Of a DNA stretch of 64,000 nt, positions 30,237 to 40,664 are shown in pieces (position 1 is the stretch's first letter; every line of letters begins with the position of its first letter). Under the pieces are notes generated by a model that saw nothing but the letters and a program-made list of their open reading frames with translations, was not told where the DNA came from and made no database searches. A program made the translations under genes and the position numbers. Origin of the DNA: Trueperaceae bacterium (lineage in GTDB: Bacteria > Deinococcota > Deinococci > Deinococcales > Trueperaceae). The stretch spans positions 576,001 to 640,000 of the forward strand of contig CBDCDZ010000004.1 of assembly GCA_965215565.1 (NCBI GenBank). Reading direction: 5' to 3'.

Positions 30237-31559
30237 TCAGTCCGTGCCGACGACGGGCATCTCGAGCGCGTTCTTGACCGCCGACTCCAACTTGCTCAAG
30301 CCTTCGTCTAGTTCGTCATCACTCATATTGATGGGTGGGAGTAGCCGGATAACGTTGCTGTAGGTGCCGGTTGGCAAGAGGATGAGCCCGTTGTCTCTCG
30401 CGTGGGTGACGATCGCTTCGGCGGCGGCTGGGTTGGGCGTTTTGCCGTCTTCGAAGGCGAACTCGAGCCCCACCATCGCCCCCACGCCCCGCACGTCGCC
30501 GAGTTGCGCGTGGTCTTCTTGCAGCGTGCTGAGGCGCTCCCTTATCACTGCGCCGATCTCTTGTGCCCGCCCTAAAAGTCCCTCCTCTTCGATGACCTCC
30601 AAGGTGGCTAGAGCGGCGGCGCACGCGGTGGGGTTGCCACCGAAGGTCGAGCCGAGCTGACCGGGCTGAACCTGGTCCATGACCTCTTCCTTGCCGACGA
30701 CTGCCGAGACGGGGAAGCCCGAGGAGAGCGCCTTGGCGCTCGTCACCAGGTCCGGCTCTAAAGCGTGGTGGTCCACTGCCCACCACGCGCCCGTGCGCCC
30801 GATGCCCGACTGAATCTCGTCGTCGATCCACAGTGCGCCGATCTCGTCACAGTATTCGCGCAGGGCGCGTAAGAATTCGGGGGGCGCAGGGATGAAGCCG
30901 CCCTCGCCCGCGACGGGCTCCAACAAAAATGCCGCCACCTCGCCCTCGCCGACGGTGTACTTGACCATATTGCGAAGCTGCGTGAGGTCACTTTGGCAGC
31001 AGCTTCCGTCGTTGTTGCGCCCGGTGTAGGGGCAGCGGTAGCAGTACGGGTACTGGGCGCGGTAGATTTCGGCGGCGCGGGGCGCGAAGCCCGCCTTGTA
31101 GGGGTTCGCTTTACCCGTCAGCGAGAGTGCCATGTGCGTGCGCCCGTGAAAGGCGTGCGTAAAAGCGACGACGCCGGGGCGACCGGTGGCGACGCGGGCA
31201 ATCTTCACCGCGTTCTCGACGGCTTCCGCGCCCGAATTGATCAAGAAGGTCTTTTTGGGTGAGGGTCCCGGCGCGATCTCACCCAACTTCTCGCAGAGCT
31301 GGATGTAGCTTTCGTGCATCCCCACCGCGAAGCAGAGGTGCTGGAAGGTCTCGCTCTGCTTGCGCACCGCCTCCACGACTTTGGGATGCGAATGTCCGAT
31401 GTTCATGACCGCGATACCCGTGGACCAGTCGAGGTACTTGTTGCCCTCCGTATCCCACAGATACGAGCCTTCCGCCCGCTGCGGGTAGAACGGGTGGATG
31501 GAGTAGACGGCGTCTGCCACCGCTCGGGCACGCCGCGCCGCAAGTTTTTCACTGCTCAC
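30237..31559 (-). CDS. gabT: 4-aminobutyrate aminotransferase (class III PLP)
   Basis: NSGAEAVENAVK, FHGRT, EPVAGEGG, DEIQSG, AK, TFGGNP; GTG start chosen from RBS spacing. Confidence 0.85.
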   Translation of the reverse strand: MSSEKLAARRARAVADAVYSIHPFYPQRAEGSYLWDTEGNKYLDWSTGIAVMNIGHSHPKVVEAVRKQSETFQHLCFAVGMHESYIQLCEKLGEIAPGPSPKKTFLINSGAEAVENAVKIARVATGRPGVVAFTHAFHGRTHMALSLTGKANPYKAGFAPRAAEIYRAQYPYCYRCPYTGRNNDGSCCQSDLTQLRNMVKYTVGEGEVAAFLLEPVAGEGGFIPAPPEFLRALREYCDEIGALWIDDEIQSGIGRTGAWWAVDHHALEPDLVTSAKALSSGFPVSAVVGKEEVMDQVQPGQLGSTFGGNPTACAAALATLEVIEEEGLLGRAQEIGAVIRERLSTLQEDHAQLGDVRGVGAMVGLEFAFEDGKTPNPAAAEAIVTHARDNGLILLPTGTYSNVIRLLPPINMSDDELDEGLSKLESAVKNALEMPVVGTD

Positions 31560-31735
31560 ACTCAACCTCCTTTGTATTTTTACTTAATAAAGTTAAAGAG
31601 AAAGTAATTTTTCCCTTCGGTATAAAGGTAGTTTAGCCCGTTGACGACGCAATCGTAAAATTCATTATTATCTTATCACGTTCTTTGTGCGTCTCGGCGA
31701 GGTGTGAAGCGGCGCACTTTCCTATAAACTAACCT

Positions 31736-32392
31736 ATGACCTTTGATGCGATCATTTTTGACATGGACGGTACGCTTATCGACACCGACGACCTCCACTT
31801 CCGCGCCTACCAAGAGGTGCTCTTTAAGAGAGACAAGGAGATCGACCGTGACTTCTACAACGCCGAGATGAGCGGGCGCTCCAACATGGAGATTCTGCGC
31901 GACCTGTTCCCCAGTCTCTCAGACGAGGAGCGGCGCGAGATCGAGGAGGAGAAAGAGGCGAAGTTTCGCTCGTTCGCTGGAGACTTAGAGCCTAAGCCTG
32001 GTCTCAGGAACCTGCTCTCGTGGATGGACGACAAGGAGATGAAGCGGGCGCTCGTCACAAGTGCGCCGAGCGAAAACGTGGACTACATGTTGCGCTCAGC
32101 AGGTTTGGAGGGCAAGTTCCCCGTCATGGTGCTAGCCGAGCGGCTGGAGCACGGCAAACCCAACCCGCAACCCTATCAGGAAAGCTTGGAGGAGCTGAGC
32201 GTGTCGGCTGAACAGGCCCTCGCGTTCGAGGACTCTCTAGCGGGGGTCCAGTCGGCCTCGAGCGCGGGCATCTTAACGGTTGGCGTGGCGTCAACGCAAA
32301 AGCCCGAAGACCTCAAGAAGTGCGGCGCGGCGCTCGTCATTCGCGACTTTACCGACGAGGCGCTCTGGACGGTGCTGCGTTCAGAAGAGTAG
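31736..32392 (+). CDS. HAD family phosphatase (CbbY/beta-PGM-like)
   Basis: FDMDGTL, KP.P..Y, FEDS..G. Confidence 0.92.
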   Translation: MTFDAIIFDMDGTLIDTDDLHFRAYQEVLFKRDKEIDRDFYNAEMSGRSNMEILRDLFPSLSDEERREIEEEKEAKFRSFAGDLEPKPGLRNLLSWMDDKEMKRALVTSAPSENVDYMLRSAGLEGKFPVMVLAERLEHGKPNPQPYQESLEELSVSAEQALAFEDSLAGVQSASSAGILTVGVASTQKPEDLKKCGAALVIRDFTDEALWTVLRSEE

Positions 32393-32429
32393 AGGATAAA
32401 AAGAAGGATTTCGAAGCCCTGACCTCTTA

Positions 32430-32655
32430 TACGGATTCTGATTGATTACTGCATAAACTCCAACGCTTCGCGCTTCTACGGAGTCGGAGTTTCTTCCGTC
32501 CTCATCGGAATCCGTACTTTTTCATCTCGCTAGAGAGTCTTCAACCGGGCGTATCATGCCGTTGTCAGCACCCGTAGCTTTGATCTGAAGATACTACCTC
32601 CGGTTGAAGACTCTTTGCTCGGGGTAATTCCTACGGGAATTACCCGGAAACCGTA
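32430..32655 (+). mobile_element. MITE family D copy (226 bp)
   Basis: TACGGATTC...GAAACCGTA ends, TTA duplication; shares both ends with 42631-42988. Confidence 0.82.
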
Positions 32656-32716
32656 TTACTGCTTGTTTTTAGCTCGAGTAAGAATTTTGTAAGAGCTTCT
32701 GAGCTACCCTAGCTGT

Positions 32717-32770
32717 GGGTGTGAACGGTGTCCTGCAAAGGATTCTCCCAACCGTTCACACCCTCTTTTG
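32717..32770 (+). terminator. Long hairpin with T-tail (terminator or small RNA end)
   Basis: GGGTGTGAACGGT/ACCGTTCACACCC followed by TCTTTT. Confidence 0.4.
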
Positions 32771-33164
32771 TTCTCTCATTAAAGAAAAGTTTCACAATGC
32801 TCTAGCTCGTGAATATTTTGTCTCTTACGTTTCTTGATCGTCATAGATCAATACTTCGGACAGTTTTGATTAGATTTGATCAGTACGGCGAAACTTGCTC
32901 GCTTAAGGCACGAATAGAGCTGTTTTCCAGTTTAGGAATTTGCGTCTGTGACAGTACTTCTTATTTAATGCAAGTTCGCTTTTGACCTAAGTTTACATTG
33001 AGTACAGATAAGCCCGGGTAAGTCTCGCCCCTCACGTAAGGTGGGCTTGCGAAAAGTGTCCGAACGGTTGGTAGATATGAGTTTTGGTTATTGAAGCACG
33101 GTGTCGGAAGCGCTCGGGCGTGCTGTTCGAACTGCGTCATCACGGCGGTCACTGTTCAGATACC

Positions 33165-33779
33165 TCAAGATGTCTCGGTCAACCCCAACGTCGTTTCTAT
33201 AACGCCGTAGAGCGGACGCCCCATCTTCTCTTCGAAGTAGGTTTGAAGGTCTAAATACGCGCGCCAACGAGAGAGCGTGAAGTCATTGAAACCGTAGCGC
33301 AGCGTCACGTCCACAAAGCGCTTTTCCAGCGTGCAGCAGCCTGAGGGTAGGGCTAGGCAATCGCAGAGTTGGAGCAGCCTGTCGTAGTCGGTGTAGGTTA
33401 CATCCTCGAGGTAGCGCTGAACGAACGCCCTCTCCTCTTCTGAGCAGTCCCAAGCGCCTACCGCCGTCTCTACATTTCGGTTGTCGGGTATGGGAAAGGA
33501 GTGAGTTAAGCAAACTTGCGCGGCGTCCTCGAAGCCCCGCGCGGCGAGGAAGGTATAACCGTCCAGTATATGCCGGTTCGCGGTCACACCCTCGCGTCGC
33601 CCGATGTCGTGGAGGTAACCCAGAATGAAGGCTTTGTTAGGTTCCAACCCCTCACAGTGATTCGCTATTGCTTCCGCCGCTTTTGCCACGTTGATGGAAT
33701 GCTGAACCCAAGGACCGGGGTTGCGCGTTTCGGCTTCAAAGAGCAGGGTCTTTGCTTCTGCTAACGTTGGGATGTCCAT
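33165..33779 (-). CDS. HD domain protein
   Basis: W..HS, LHDIGR, H, HS, D residues. Confidence 0.88.
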   Translation of the reverse strand: MDIPTLAEAKTLLFEAETRNPGPWVQHSINVAKAAEAIANHCEGLEPNKAFILGYLHDIGRREGVTANRHILDGYTFLAARGFEDAAQVCLTHSFPIPDNRNVETAVGAWDCSEEERAFVQRYLEDVTYTDYDRLLQLCDCLALPSGCCTLEKRFVDVTLRYGFNDFTLSRWRAYLDLQTYFEEKMGRPLYGVIETTLGLTETS

Positions 33780-33790
33780 ACCGGATGATA

Positions 33791-34200
33791 TAGCACTTCC
33801 AAAATATATTGAGACAGAGTGCCGCTTTCTGAAAGCCCGCAGGGACGTAGTTTTCGCTCCGCGAAGGGTCTCAGACGAAGTCTAGCGGGATTTCACCTCA
33901 CAACGTTGCGTGCTAATACGAGGTTGCACGGAATAGTTTTGCAAAACTATTCCGTGCCCATCTGTGATGGTAAGCTCTAACGCCCTCAGTTAGGGTAAGT
34001 AAGCTATGCAACTCCGTATAATTTCTGAAAGCTGCGCAGCAGACGGAGTTTTCGCAAGGCGAATTACGAAGTTTTCCGATTACGTAGTTTTTGCGCAGCA
34101 AAAGGAAACAGTGTTTTCTACAGTGAGGGTGTTGCTCCGCATCGCTTCGCGCACTCAGACCAGATGAAGTCGCGTGGTCCCGCTCCCGCTAGACCTGCTA
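33791..34200 (-). mobile_element. MITE family B long form containing a nested family C element and small modules
   Basis: Ends TAGCACTTCC / ACCTGCTA, ATA duplication; collinear with 62565-63887. Confidence 0.78.
33917..34018 (+). mobile_element. MITE family C copy (102 bp)
   Basis: TACGAGGTTGCA / TGCAACTCCGTA TIR, TAA duplication. Confidence 0.82.
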
Positions 34201-34224
34201 ATACTGGAACCGCGTCGAACCTAC

Positions 34225-35844
34225 CTAAACAGTCTGCACCTCTTGGAGCAACTCGCGGGCGTGCGCCAGGGCGGTTTCGGTGGTGGCACCCGAGAGCATC
34301 CGCGCGAGTTCGGCTTCGCGCCCTTGCGGTTCTAAGCGCGAGATGCGCGTGGCGGTGCGCCCGCCGCGCTCGAGCTTCTCGACGTAAAACTGCGTGTCGG
34401 CGAACGCGGCGACTTGCGGCAGGTGCGTCACGACGAGCACCTGGTGGTGCGCGGCTAAGCGCTTGAGGAGCGCGCCTACCGAGCGGGCAGTCTGTCCGCC
34501 GAGCCCGGCGTCCACCTCGTCGAAGATGAGCGTCGCGGCGTCCGTGCCCGTGGCGACGTTTAAGCTGAGCATCAAACGTGAGAGTTCGCCCCCCGACGCC
34601 ACCGCGCTCAGGGGCGCGGGCGGCTCGCCCAAGTTGGCGCTGAAGAGAAAGGTGACTCGGTCCTGACCGTGCGCGTTGAGTTCGTCTCTGCGCTCCAAGC
34701 CGACGACGAAGCGGGCGTTCGCCATACCGAGAGGGCGGAGTTCGCGGGTCACAGCTTCGGAGAGGGTTTGCGCCGCTCTGCTCCTCGCTCGGGTCAAGGT
34801 GTCCGCTCCGGTTTGGAGCACCTCGCGGAGCCGCGCGCGCTCCGCTTCTAGCTCGCTCATGTCGCCTTCAGCGCGCTCGAGCCTGCGCAACTCCTCACTC
34901 GCGCGCTCGTAGTACTCGAGCACCGCCGCCACGCTGTCGCCGTACTTGAGCTTGAGACCTTCGATCTGTGCCAAGCGGCGTTCGGTAGTCTCGAGCTGCC
35001 CCGCGTCGAGTTCGAAGTCGCTCAGGAAACTGCTGACCTCGGCGCTGACGGCTTCGACGCTGGCGAGCGCGTCGCTGAGTTCGCGCCCAAGGTCCGCGAG
35101 CGTCTTGTTGTAGCGCCCCGCGCCCTGCAAGTCGCGGAGCGCGGCGGCGATGAGGTCCACGGCGTTCGACTCGCCCTCGCTGAGCCCCTGCACCGCGCCG
35201 CCCGCCCCCTGCACGATGCGTTCGGCGTGGCGCAGGCTGTCCAAGCGTTCGCGGAGCGCCGCCTCTTCGCCCGCTCGAAGGTTCGCCGCGCCGATCTCCT
35301 CGAGTTGAAACTGGAGCATGTCGAGCCGCTGCGCCCGCTCGCGCAGCGCAGTTTTAAGCGCGGCAAGGTCTCTCTCTACGTCGGTGAACCGCCGATATGA
35401 GATGCGGTATTCATGCAGAGCCTTCAGCGCGTTCGGCAGCAATAAACGGTCCAAAAGCTGCCGCTGCGCCGCGCTGTCTAGGAGCGTCTGCGAGGCGTGC
35501 TGGCCGTGGATTGCGATGAGGTGAGCGCCCACCTCGGCAAGTTCGCCTACCGTGACGAGTTCGCCATTCACGCGGGCGCTGCTCCGCCCCGAACGCTGCA
35601 AGCGCCGCGCCGCCGACTCCAAGCGGGCGTCCTCGAACAGCCCTTGGATGAGCGCGCTCTGCGCCCCGGTGCGTATCAGCGACGAGTCGGCGCGTCCGCC
35701 AATCAAAAGGCTCAGCGCGTCGATCAAGATGGACTTTCCCGCACCCGTCTCGCCCGTCAAGACGTTCAGACCAGGCGAGAGTTCTAAACGCAGTTCGTCC
35801 ACGATGGCGAAGTCTTTAAGCTCCAGAGCGACTAGCACAGGCAT
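34225..35844 (-). CDS. recN: DNA repair protein RecN
   Basis: LTGETGAGKS, IHGQH, ASGGELSR, IFDEVDAG, VTHLPQVAA. Confidence 0.96.
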   Translation of the reverse strand: MPVLVALELKDFAIVDELRLELSPGLNVLTGETGAGKSILIDALSLLIGGRADSSLIRTGAQSALIQGLFEDARLESAARRLQRSGRSSARVNGELVTVGELAEVGAHLIAIHGQHASQTLLDSAAQRQLLDRLLLPNALKALHEYRISYRRFTDVERDLAALKTALRERAQRLDMLQFQLEEIGAANLRAGEEAALRERLDSLRHAERIVQGAGGAVQGLSEGESNAVDLIAAALRDLQGAGRYNKTLADLGRELSDALASVEAVSAEVSSFLSDFELDAGQLETTERRLAQIEGLKLKYGDSVAAVLEYYERASEELRRLERAEGDMSELEAERARLREVLQTGADTLTRARSRAAQTLSEAVTRELRPLGMANARFVVGLERRDELNAHGQDRVTFLFSANLGEPPAPLSAVASGGELSRLMLSLNVATGTDAATLIFDEVDAGLGGQTARSVGALLKRLAAHHQVLVVTHLPQVAAFADTQFYVEKLERGGRTATRISRLEPQGREAELARMLSGATTETALAHARELLQEVQTV

Positions 35845-35966
35845 AAGTATAAAGGGTATAGGGGAGGAGAAAACGTGAGAGGCTACGGGAGGGTGGACTC
35901 GAGCGGCGAGCGTTATACCTGCACTAAGTCACTTCTAAGGCTTCTCATATTCGCTATACTTCAGGG

Positions 35967-36893
35967 ATGAACCAAATGGGCACCGTGCGCTATGTTGAAT
36001 GTCCGCGTGACGCTTGGCAGGGGTTGGCAGGTTTTATCCCTACCGAGGTGAAGGTGCGCCACCTCAGCGCGCTTTTAGAAGCGGGCTTTCACTCGCTCGA
36101 CATGGGCTCGTTCGTCTCACCTAAAGCCGTGCCGCAGCTCGCCGATACGGAGGCGGTCTTGGAGGTGGTCCTGGAGACGCTCTCAGCGTCACCTCGAGAA
36201 ACTTCCAAAACCAACCTCTTAGCCATCGTCGCGAACGAGCGAGGTTTAGCGCGAGCTATTGAAACGGGGGTCTCGAGCGTCGGCTACCCGCTCTCGGTCA
36301 ACGAGACCTTTCAGCGGCGCAACACGGGGCGCACCTTGGCGGAGTCGTGGGCGCTCGCCAAAAGGATGCGGCGCGAAACCGCGGCGCACGGCTTGGGCTT
36401 CACCGTCTACCTCTCGATGGGCTTCGGCAACCCTTACGGCGAAGCTTGGAAGCCCGGCGACACGGCGGACGCGGTGGCGCGGCTTAGGGAGCTAGGCGTG
36501 CAGGACATCGCCCTTGCGGATACGGTGGGCACGGCGGACGCCCGCAAGGTGGACGCGGTGCTAAGCGCGGTGAAGGAACCCGAACCGCTCGGCCTACACC
36601 TGCACGCCCGCCCGGACGCTTGGCAAGAACCCGTGGAGGTGGCCCTCTCGTACGGTCTGCGCTGGCTCGAGGGGACGCTCGCGGGGGTGGGCGGCTGCCC
36701 CTTCGCAGCGGACGACCTGGTGGGCAACTTGCCCACCGAGCGCGTCGTGCCGTTTTTAGAAGACAGGGGCTTTCGTACGGGTATTGACCTCGGGCGCTTG
36801 CCCGCGCTCGGCGCGCGCGCGGCGGCGCTCAGCGTGCGTTACGGTGCGGCTGGCGGTGCGGCTCATGAGGACCCACAAGGCGAGGCGCTGTAG
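35967..36893 (+). CDS. Hydroxymethylglutaryl-CoA lyase
   Basis: ECPRDAWQG, SFVSPKAVPQLAD, LADTVG, HLH, GGCPFA..GNL. Confidence 0.9.
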   Translation: MNQMGTVRYVECPRDAWQGLAGFIPTEVKVRHLSALLEAGFHSLDMGSFVSPKAVPQLADTEAVLEVVLETLSASPRETSKTNLLAIVANERGLARAIETGVSSVGYPLSVNETFQRRNTGRTLAESWALAKRMRRETAAHGLGFTVYLSMGFGNPYGEAWKPGDTADAVARLRELGVQDIALADTVGTADARKVDAVLSAVKEPEPLGLHLHARPDAWQEPVEVALSYGLRWLEGTLAGVGGCPFAADDLVGNLPTERVVPFLEDRGFRTGIDLGRLPALGARAAALSVRYGAAGGAAHEDPQGEAL

Positions 36894-36896
36894 CCT

Positions 36897-38633
36897 ATGC
36901 AAGACAGGTTCAACTCAGAGGTTGCCAAGAGGTTGCGCACGGTTACGCTCGTCCTGGCACTCCTCTACCTCTTCTACGCGCCGAGCCATCTATTCGTCAT
37001 AAGCGGCGCGAACGGTTTCGTCATGGCGGCGGTTGCACTGGCGTCGTCAGCGCTCTTTATCGGTCTATATAGACGCTGGGGCGCGCAGCCCGTCCACCCG
37101 GTGCGGGCGCACCCCGCCGCGGCGCTGCTCGTGAGCGTCGTTCTCGGCAACTGCTTGGCACACCTCTACCTCACCGCCGAGATCGAGCAGACCACCAACG
37201 TGCTGCTCCTTATCGTCGCTCTAGGTAGCCTGCTGCTCTCGCTACCCTGGCTGCTCGGCTGCGTCGCCATGAGCGCCCTCGCTTGGGGGCTCGTCGTTTT
37301 GGCGCTGCCCAACGCCACCTCGGACATCTTGCACTACAGCTTTGCGCTCTTCGCCGCTTCACTCTTTTCGGTGCTCATCTACGCCGTGCGCGCGCGCATG
37401 TTGGGCAACCTAGAGCGCACAGTGACGTCCTTGCGGGAGAGCGAGGAGCGCTTTCAGCGCCTCGCGGACGCCAGCTTCGAGGGCATCCTCGTCCACGACA
37501 AGGGCACGATTATTGACACCAACGCGCGGCTGGGCGCGATGATCGGGTTTGGTCCCGACGAACTCATCGGGCGGCACGTAAGCGAGTTCGTCACGGGCGA
37601 ATCGGTGGCGTTCGTACAGGAGCGCACCTCATCGGGTGAGGTGCGCAGCGAGCCCGCCGAGGTGACAGGGCGCAGGCGCGACGGCAGTTCCTTATCCGTG
37701 GAGTTGCTCGAGCGTCCCCTCCCCTACAAGGAGCGCACCGTGCGCGTGGTGGCGGTGCGTGACCTCAGCGTCTACAAGCGCACCGAAGCCGCGCTGCGCC
37801 GCTCCCAAGCCGAGCTGCGCGAGAAGAACCGCGAATTGGAGCACGCCAACCGCCTCAAGAGCGAATTTTTGGCGACGATGTCGCACGAACTGCGCACCCC
37901 CTTGACGGCGGTGCTCGGGTTTTCGCAGCTTTTAGGCGACGAGCTGTTCGGACCCCTCAACGAGAAGCAGCGCGAGCAGGTGAGGAGCATCCACGACTCG
38001 GGCTCGCACCTGCTCTCGCTCATCAGCGACATCTTGGACCTCTCAAAGATCGAGGCGGACCGGGTGAGCTTGACGCGCCAAGAAAGGGAGGTAGCCCCGC
38101 TTTTGCAGGGCGCGCTCGAGGTGGTGCGCTCGAGCGCCGACGCCAAGGGCATCCACCTCAGCGCGCAGTTAGGGGTGGGCGTCACCACCCTCTACTGCGA
38201 CGCTACGCGCGTCAAACAGGTGCTCTATAACTACCTGGGCAACGCCATCAAATTCACGCCCATTGGCGGAGAGGTGACGCTCCACGCACGTGAAGTGGAC
38301 GGCGCGTTGCACGTCGAGGTAGAGGATAACGGCATCGGCGTCGCAGCGGAAGACCTGCCCAAGCTCTTCCAGCCGTTCTCGCAGGTGGACAGCTCATTGG
38401 CGCGCAACTACGGCGGGACGGGTCTGGGGCTCGCCCTCTCGAAGCGCCTCGTCGAGCTGCACGGCGGCGAGGTGTGGGTCAGGAGCACACCGGGTGAGGG
38501 AAGTTGCTTCGGCTTCTCGCTGCCGAACATCCTTCTCGGAGAAGGTGGCGCAGTCCACGCTGAAAGAGACCACGCTGAAGAAAAGCGTGCCCAAAGCGCA
38601 GATACGCCGCTCGTAGAAACGTCGGAACGCTAG
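36897..38633 (+). CDS. Membrane PAS-domain sensor histidine kinase
   Basis: TM helices, [29 protein letters not shown]. Confidence 0.93.
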   Translation: MQDRFNSEVAKRLRTVTLVLALLYLFYAPSHLFVISGANGFVMAAVALASSALFIGLYRRWGAQPVHPVRAHPAAALLVSVVLGNCLAHLYLTAEIEQTTNVLLLIVALGSLLLSLPWLLGCVAMSALAWGLVVLALPNATSDILHYSFALFAASLFSVLIYAVRARMLGNLERTVTSLRESEERFQRLADASFEGILVHDKGTIIDTNARLGAMIGFGPDELIGRHVSEFVTGESVAFVQERTSSGEVRSEPAEVTGRRRDGSSLSVELLERPLPYKERTVRVVAVRDLSVYKRTEAALRRSQAELREKNRELEHANRLKSEFLATMSHELRTPLTAVLGFSQLLGDELFGPLNEKQREQVRSIHDSGSHLLSLISDILDLSKIEADRVSLTRQEREVAPLLQGALEVVRSSADAKGIHLSAQLGVGVTTLYCDATRVKQVLYNYLGNAIKFTPIGGEVTLHAREVDGALHVEVEDNGIGVAAEDLPKLFQPFSQVDSSLARNYGGTGLGLALSKRLVELHGGEVWVRSTPGEGSCFGFSLPNILLGEGGAVHAERDHAEEKRAQSADTPLVETSER

Positions 38634-38703
38634 GAAGAATCTGGACCTCTCAGATACAAAAACCGGTTTCCTTTGATGTGACGAAATGCTATCGTTCCAT
38701 GTA

Positions 38704-38814
38704 TAGCAGGTATCATCTGGTTTGAGCCAATCTCACGAGATAGAACATCGTGCAGCACGCACTTTAAGGGATGATATCTGCGTGATTCAAGCTCAGTACT
38801 TCTGATAACCGCTA
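38704..38814 (+). mobile_element. MITE family B short form (111 bp)
   Basis: Same TIRs, TA duplication; supplies the stop codon of the adjacent gene. Confidence 0.85.
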
Positions 38815-39219
38815 TACATCTACACTGTTGAGGTTTTCGTCGAAGATGAGTCTATCGAGAGGATCATCAAGGTAGGCATAGCCTTTTGTTGTTCCATCAC
38901 TAAATACGACCATATAAGCGCTAAATGCGTTGTTCACATCTTCTTGATCTACACCAATACCGATTAAATCTAAACGTTTAAGTTGTTCTTGTAACGCCTC
39001 AATTTGTGTATCGTTGAGGCGCGGCGTATAGGAGTCAGAGTGTTGACTCAAGTCTACATCCAGCCAGTTGTCAGACCACTCATCCACTTGCGCCAGCAAC
39101 GCCTCGAACTCCGCTTCATGCTCGTAGAAATGCTGAATCATGCGGTCGTCGCTAGGGGCGCAGCTCGAGAGCAAAAGCACAAAGCCTAGCATTGTGAGTA
39201 AATTGAGATGCAAGTTCAT
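38812..39219 (-). pseudogene. Lipoprotein truncated by MITE insertion
   Basis: Lipobox LSSC; removing MITE plus one TA restores frame (...VDVHGTIAFRHIKGNRFLYL). Confidence 0.65.
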
Positions 39220-39307
39220 TATTCACAAGTCTATGTGCGTTTTATCTACAAGGTTGTGACGCCCAACCGAGCGAGTAGCGCAAGTGAACAGTGTAGAACC
39301 GCCGAAC

Positions 39308-40336
39308 TCAACTCGGCACGTCGAACCCTCGAGCCTCCAACTCCTCTTTCGCCACCTCCAAGACCTGCCGCCGCGCCTCCTCCAAGCCGGCGTGCACCGT
39401 CGCGCCCGCCGCCGCCACGTGCCCGCCGCCACCGAACGCTAAGCAGACCGCCTGCGCCGAGACGCCTTCGCGTGCGCGCACCGAAAGCTTGGTTTTAGGT
39501 CCTTCGTCGTCCGTGCGCTCTTTGAGAAAAATCGCGAGTTGCGCCCCTTCCGCGTAGCGGATGAAGCCGACGTAGTCGTCCGAGTCGTCGTCCGTTGGTC
39601 CTATCTCGTCGCGCATCGCTTGGGTGATGCGCGCCATAGCCACAAGGCCGCCGAGAGGAAACTCCACGGTGGACATCACCTTGCCGAGCATCCTGAAGTA
39701 GTCGGGGTGACGCCACTGCAGCCGATCGGTAAGTTCGGCGTAGGGCACGCCGTGGGCGATGAGAGCGCCCGCCGCTTGCAGCGTTTCGGGCGTCGTGTTG
39801 CCGAAGCGGAGGTTGCCCGTGTCAGTTAAGATGCCCGTCAAGCAGGGCGTCGCGATGGCGGGGGTCCAGGCGACGCCTAGCGCGTCCACGACGTCTTTGA
39901 CGATGTGCGCGGTAGCCGCGCGGCTCGGCTCGACGCAGGCGAGATCGCCGAAGCGGGCGTTCGTTCCGTGATGATCCACGTTGAGCGTATACGCCGCGCC
40001 CGCTAGAGGCGCGCCCTCAGCGCGATCTTCGTCCGCGACGTCCAAAATGGCGAGCAGGCACCCTTCGGGCAGCCGCTCCAGCGGAGGCGAAAGTTCGCCC
40101 TCCTCCGCCAAGAAGGAGAGGTAGCGCGGCGCGTCCAGCGGCAGCGTCGTCTCCTTGCCGAGCGCGTCCAGAGCGCGTTTGAGCGCGAGCGTACTGCCGA
40201 GTGCGTCGCCGTCAGGATCGACGTGGGCGATGAGGACAACAGGTCCGCGCCAAGCTTTGAGCGTGCGAGCGACCTCTTGGATTTTAGCGGTGTAGTTGGT
40301 TTCGCCGGAGTTGTCAACGGGGGGAGAAAGGCTCAT
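39308..40336 (-). CDS. nrnA: DHH/DHHA1 phosphoesterase (nanoRNase/pAp phosphatase NrnA-like)
   Basis: HVDPDGDALGS, VDHH, DTGNL, GGGGHVAAAG; leaderless ATG 40336 after TATACT. Confidence 0.88.
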   Translation of the reverse strand: MSLSPPVDNSGETNYTAKIQEVARTLKAWRGPVVLIAHVDPDGDALGSTLALKRALDALGKETTLPLDAPRYLSFLAEEGELSPPLERLPEGCLLAILDVADEDRAEGAPLAGAAYTLNVDHHGTNARFGDLACVEPSRAATAHIVKDVVDALGVAWTPAIATPCLTGILTDTGNLRFGNTTPETLQAAGALIAHGVPYAELTDRLQWRHPDYFRMLGKVMSTVEFPLGGLVAMARITQAMRDEIGPTDDDSDDYVGFIRYAEGAQLAIFLKERTDDEGPKTKLSVRAREGVSAQAVCLAFGGGGHVAAAGATVHAGLEEARRQVLEVAKEELEARGFDVPS

Positions 40337-40664
40337 CAGCGCAGTATACGTGCTCACTTGGAGCAAAAAATGAGTCATTTGTACCTAAAGATGGGCGTAG
40401 TGCAGAGGTGAACAAACGTTCGTGTAAGAGACCTCTTACAAAAGTGGGAGGCGGGCGCTGTTCGGCTTCCGCGTTTGCCAAGTGAGTCACGCAGTCTGGC
40501 GTTAGCCTTGCGAGTAGGAGTAGACGTACTCAGCGGATGAAGTCGTACTTTTGCAAGAGGTCTAGAGACAGTCGACGATAGGGGCGTTCATTTGCGTAAT
40601 GACGAATACGGCATAGCTCAGCGGACCGGTCTACCCTTAGAGTTAATGAGGTAACGGACAAAGG

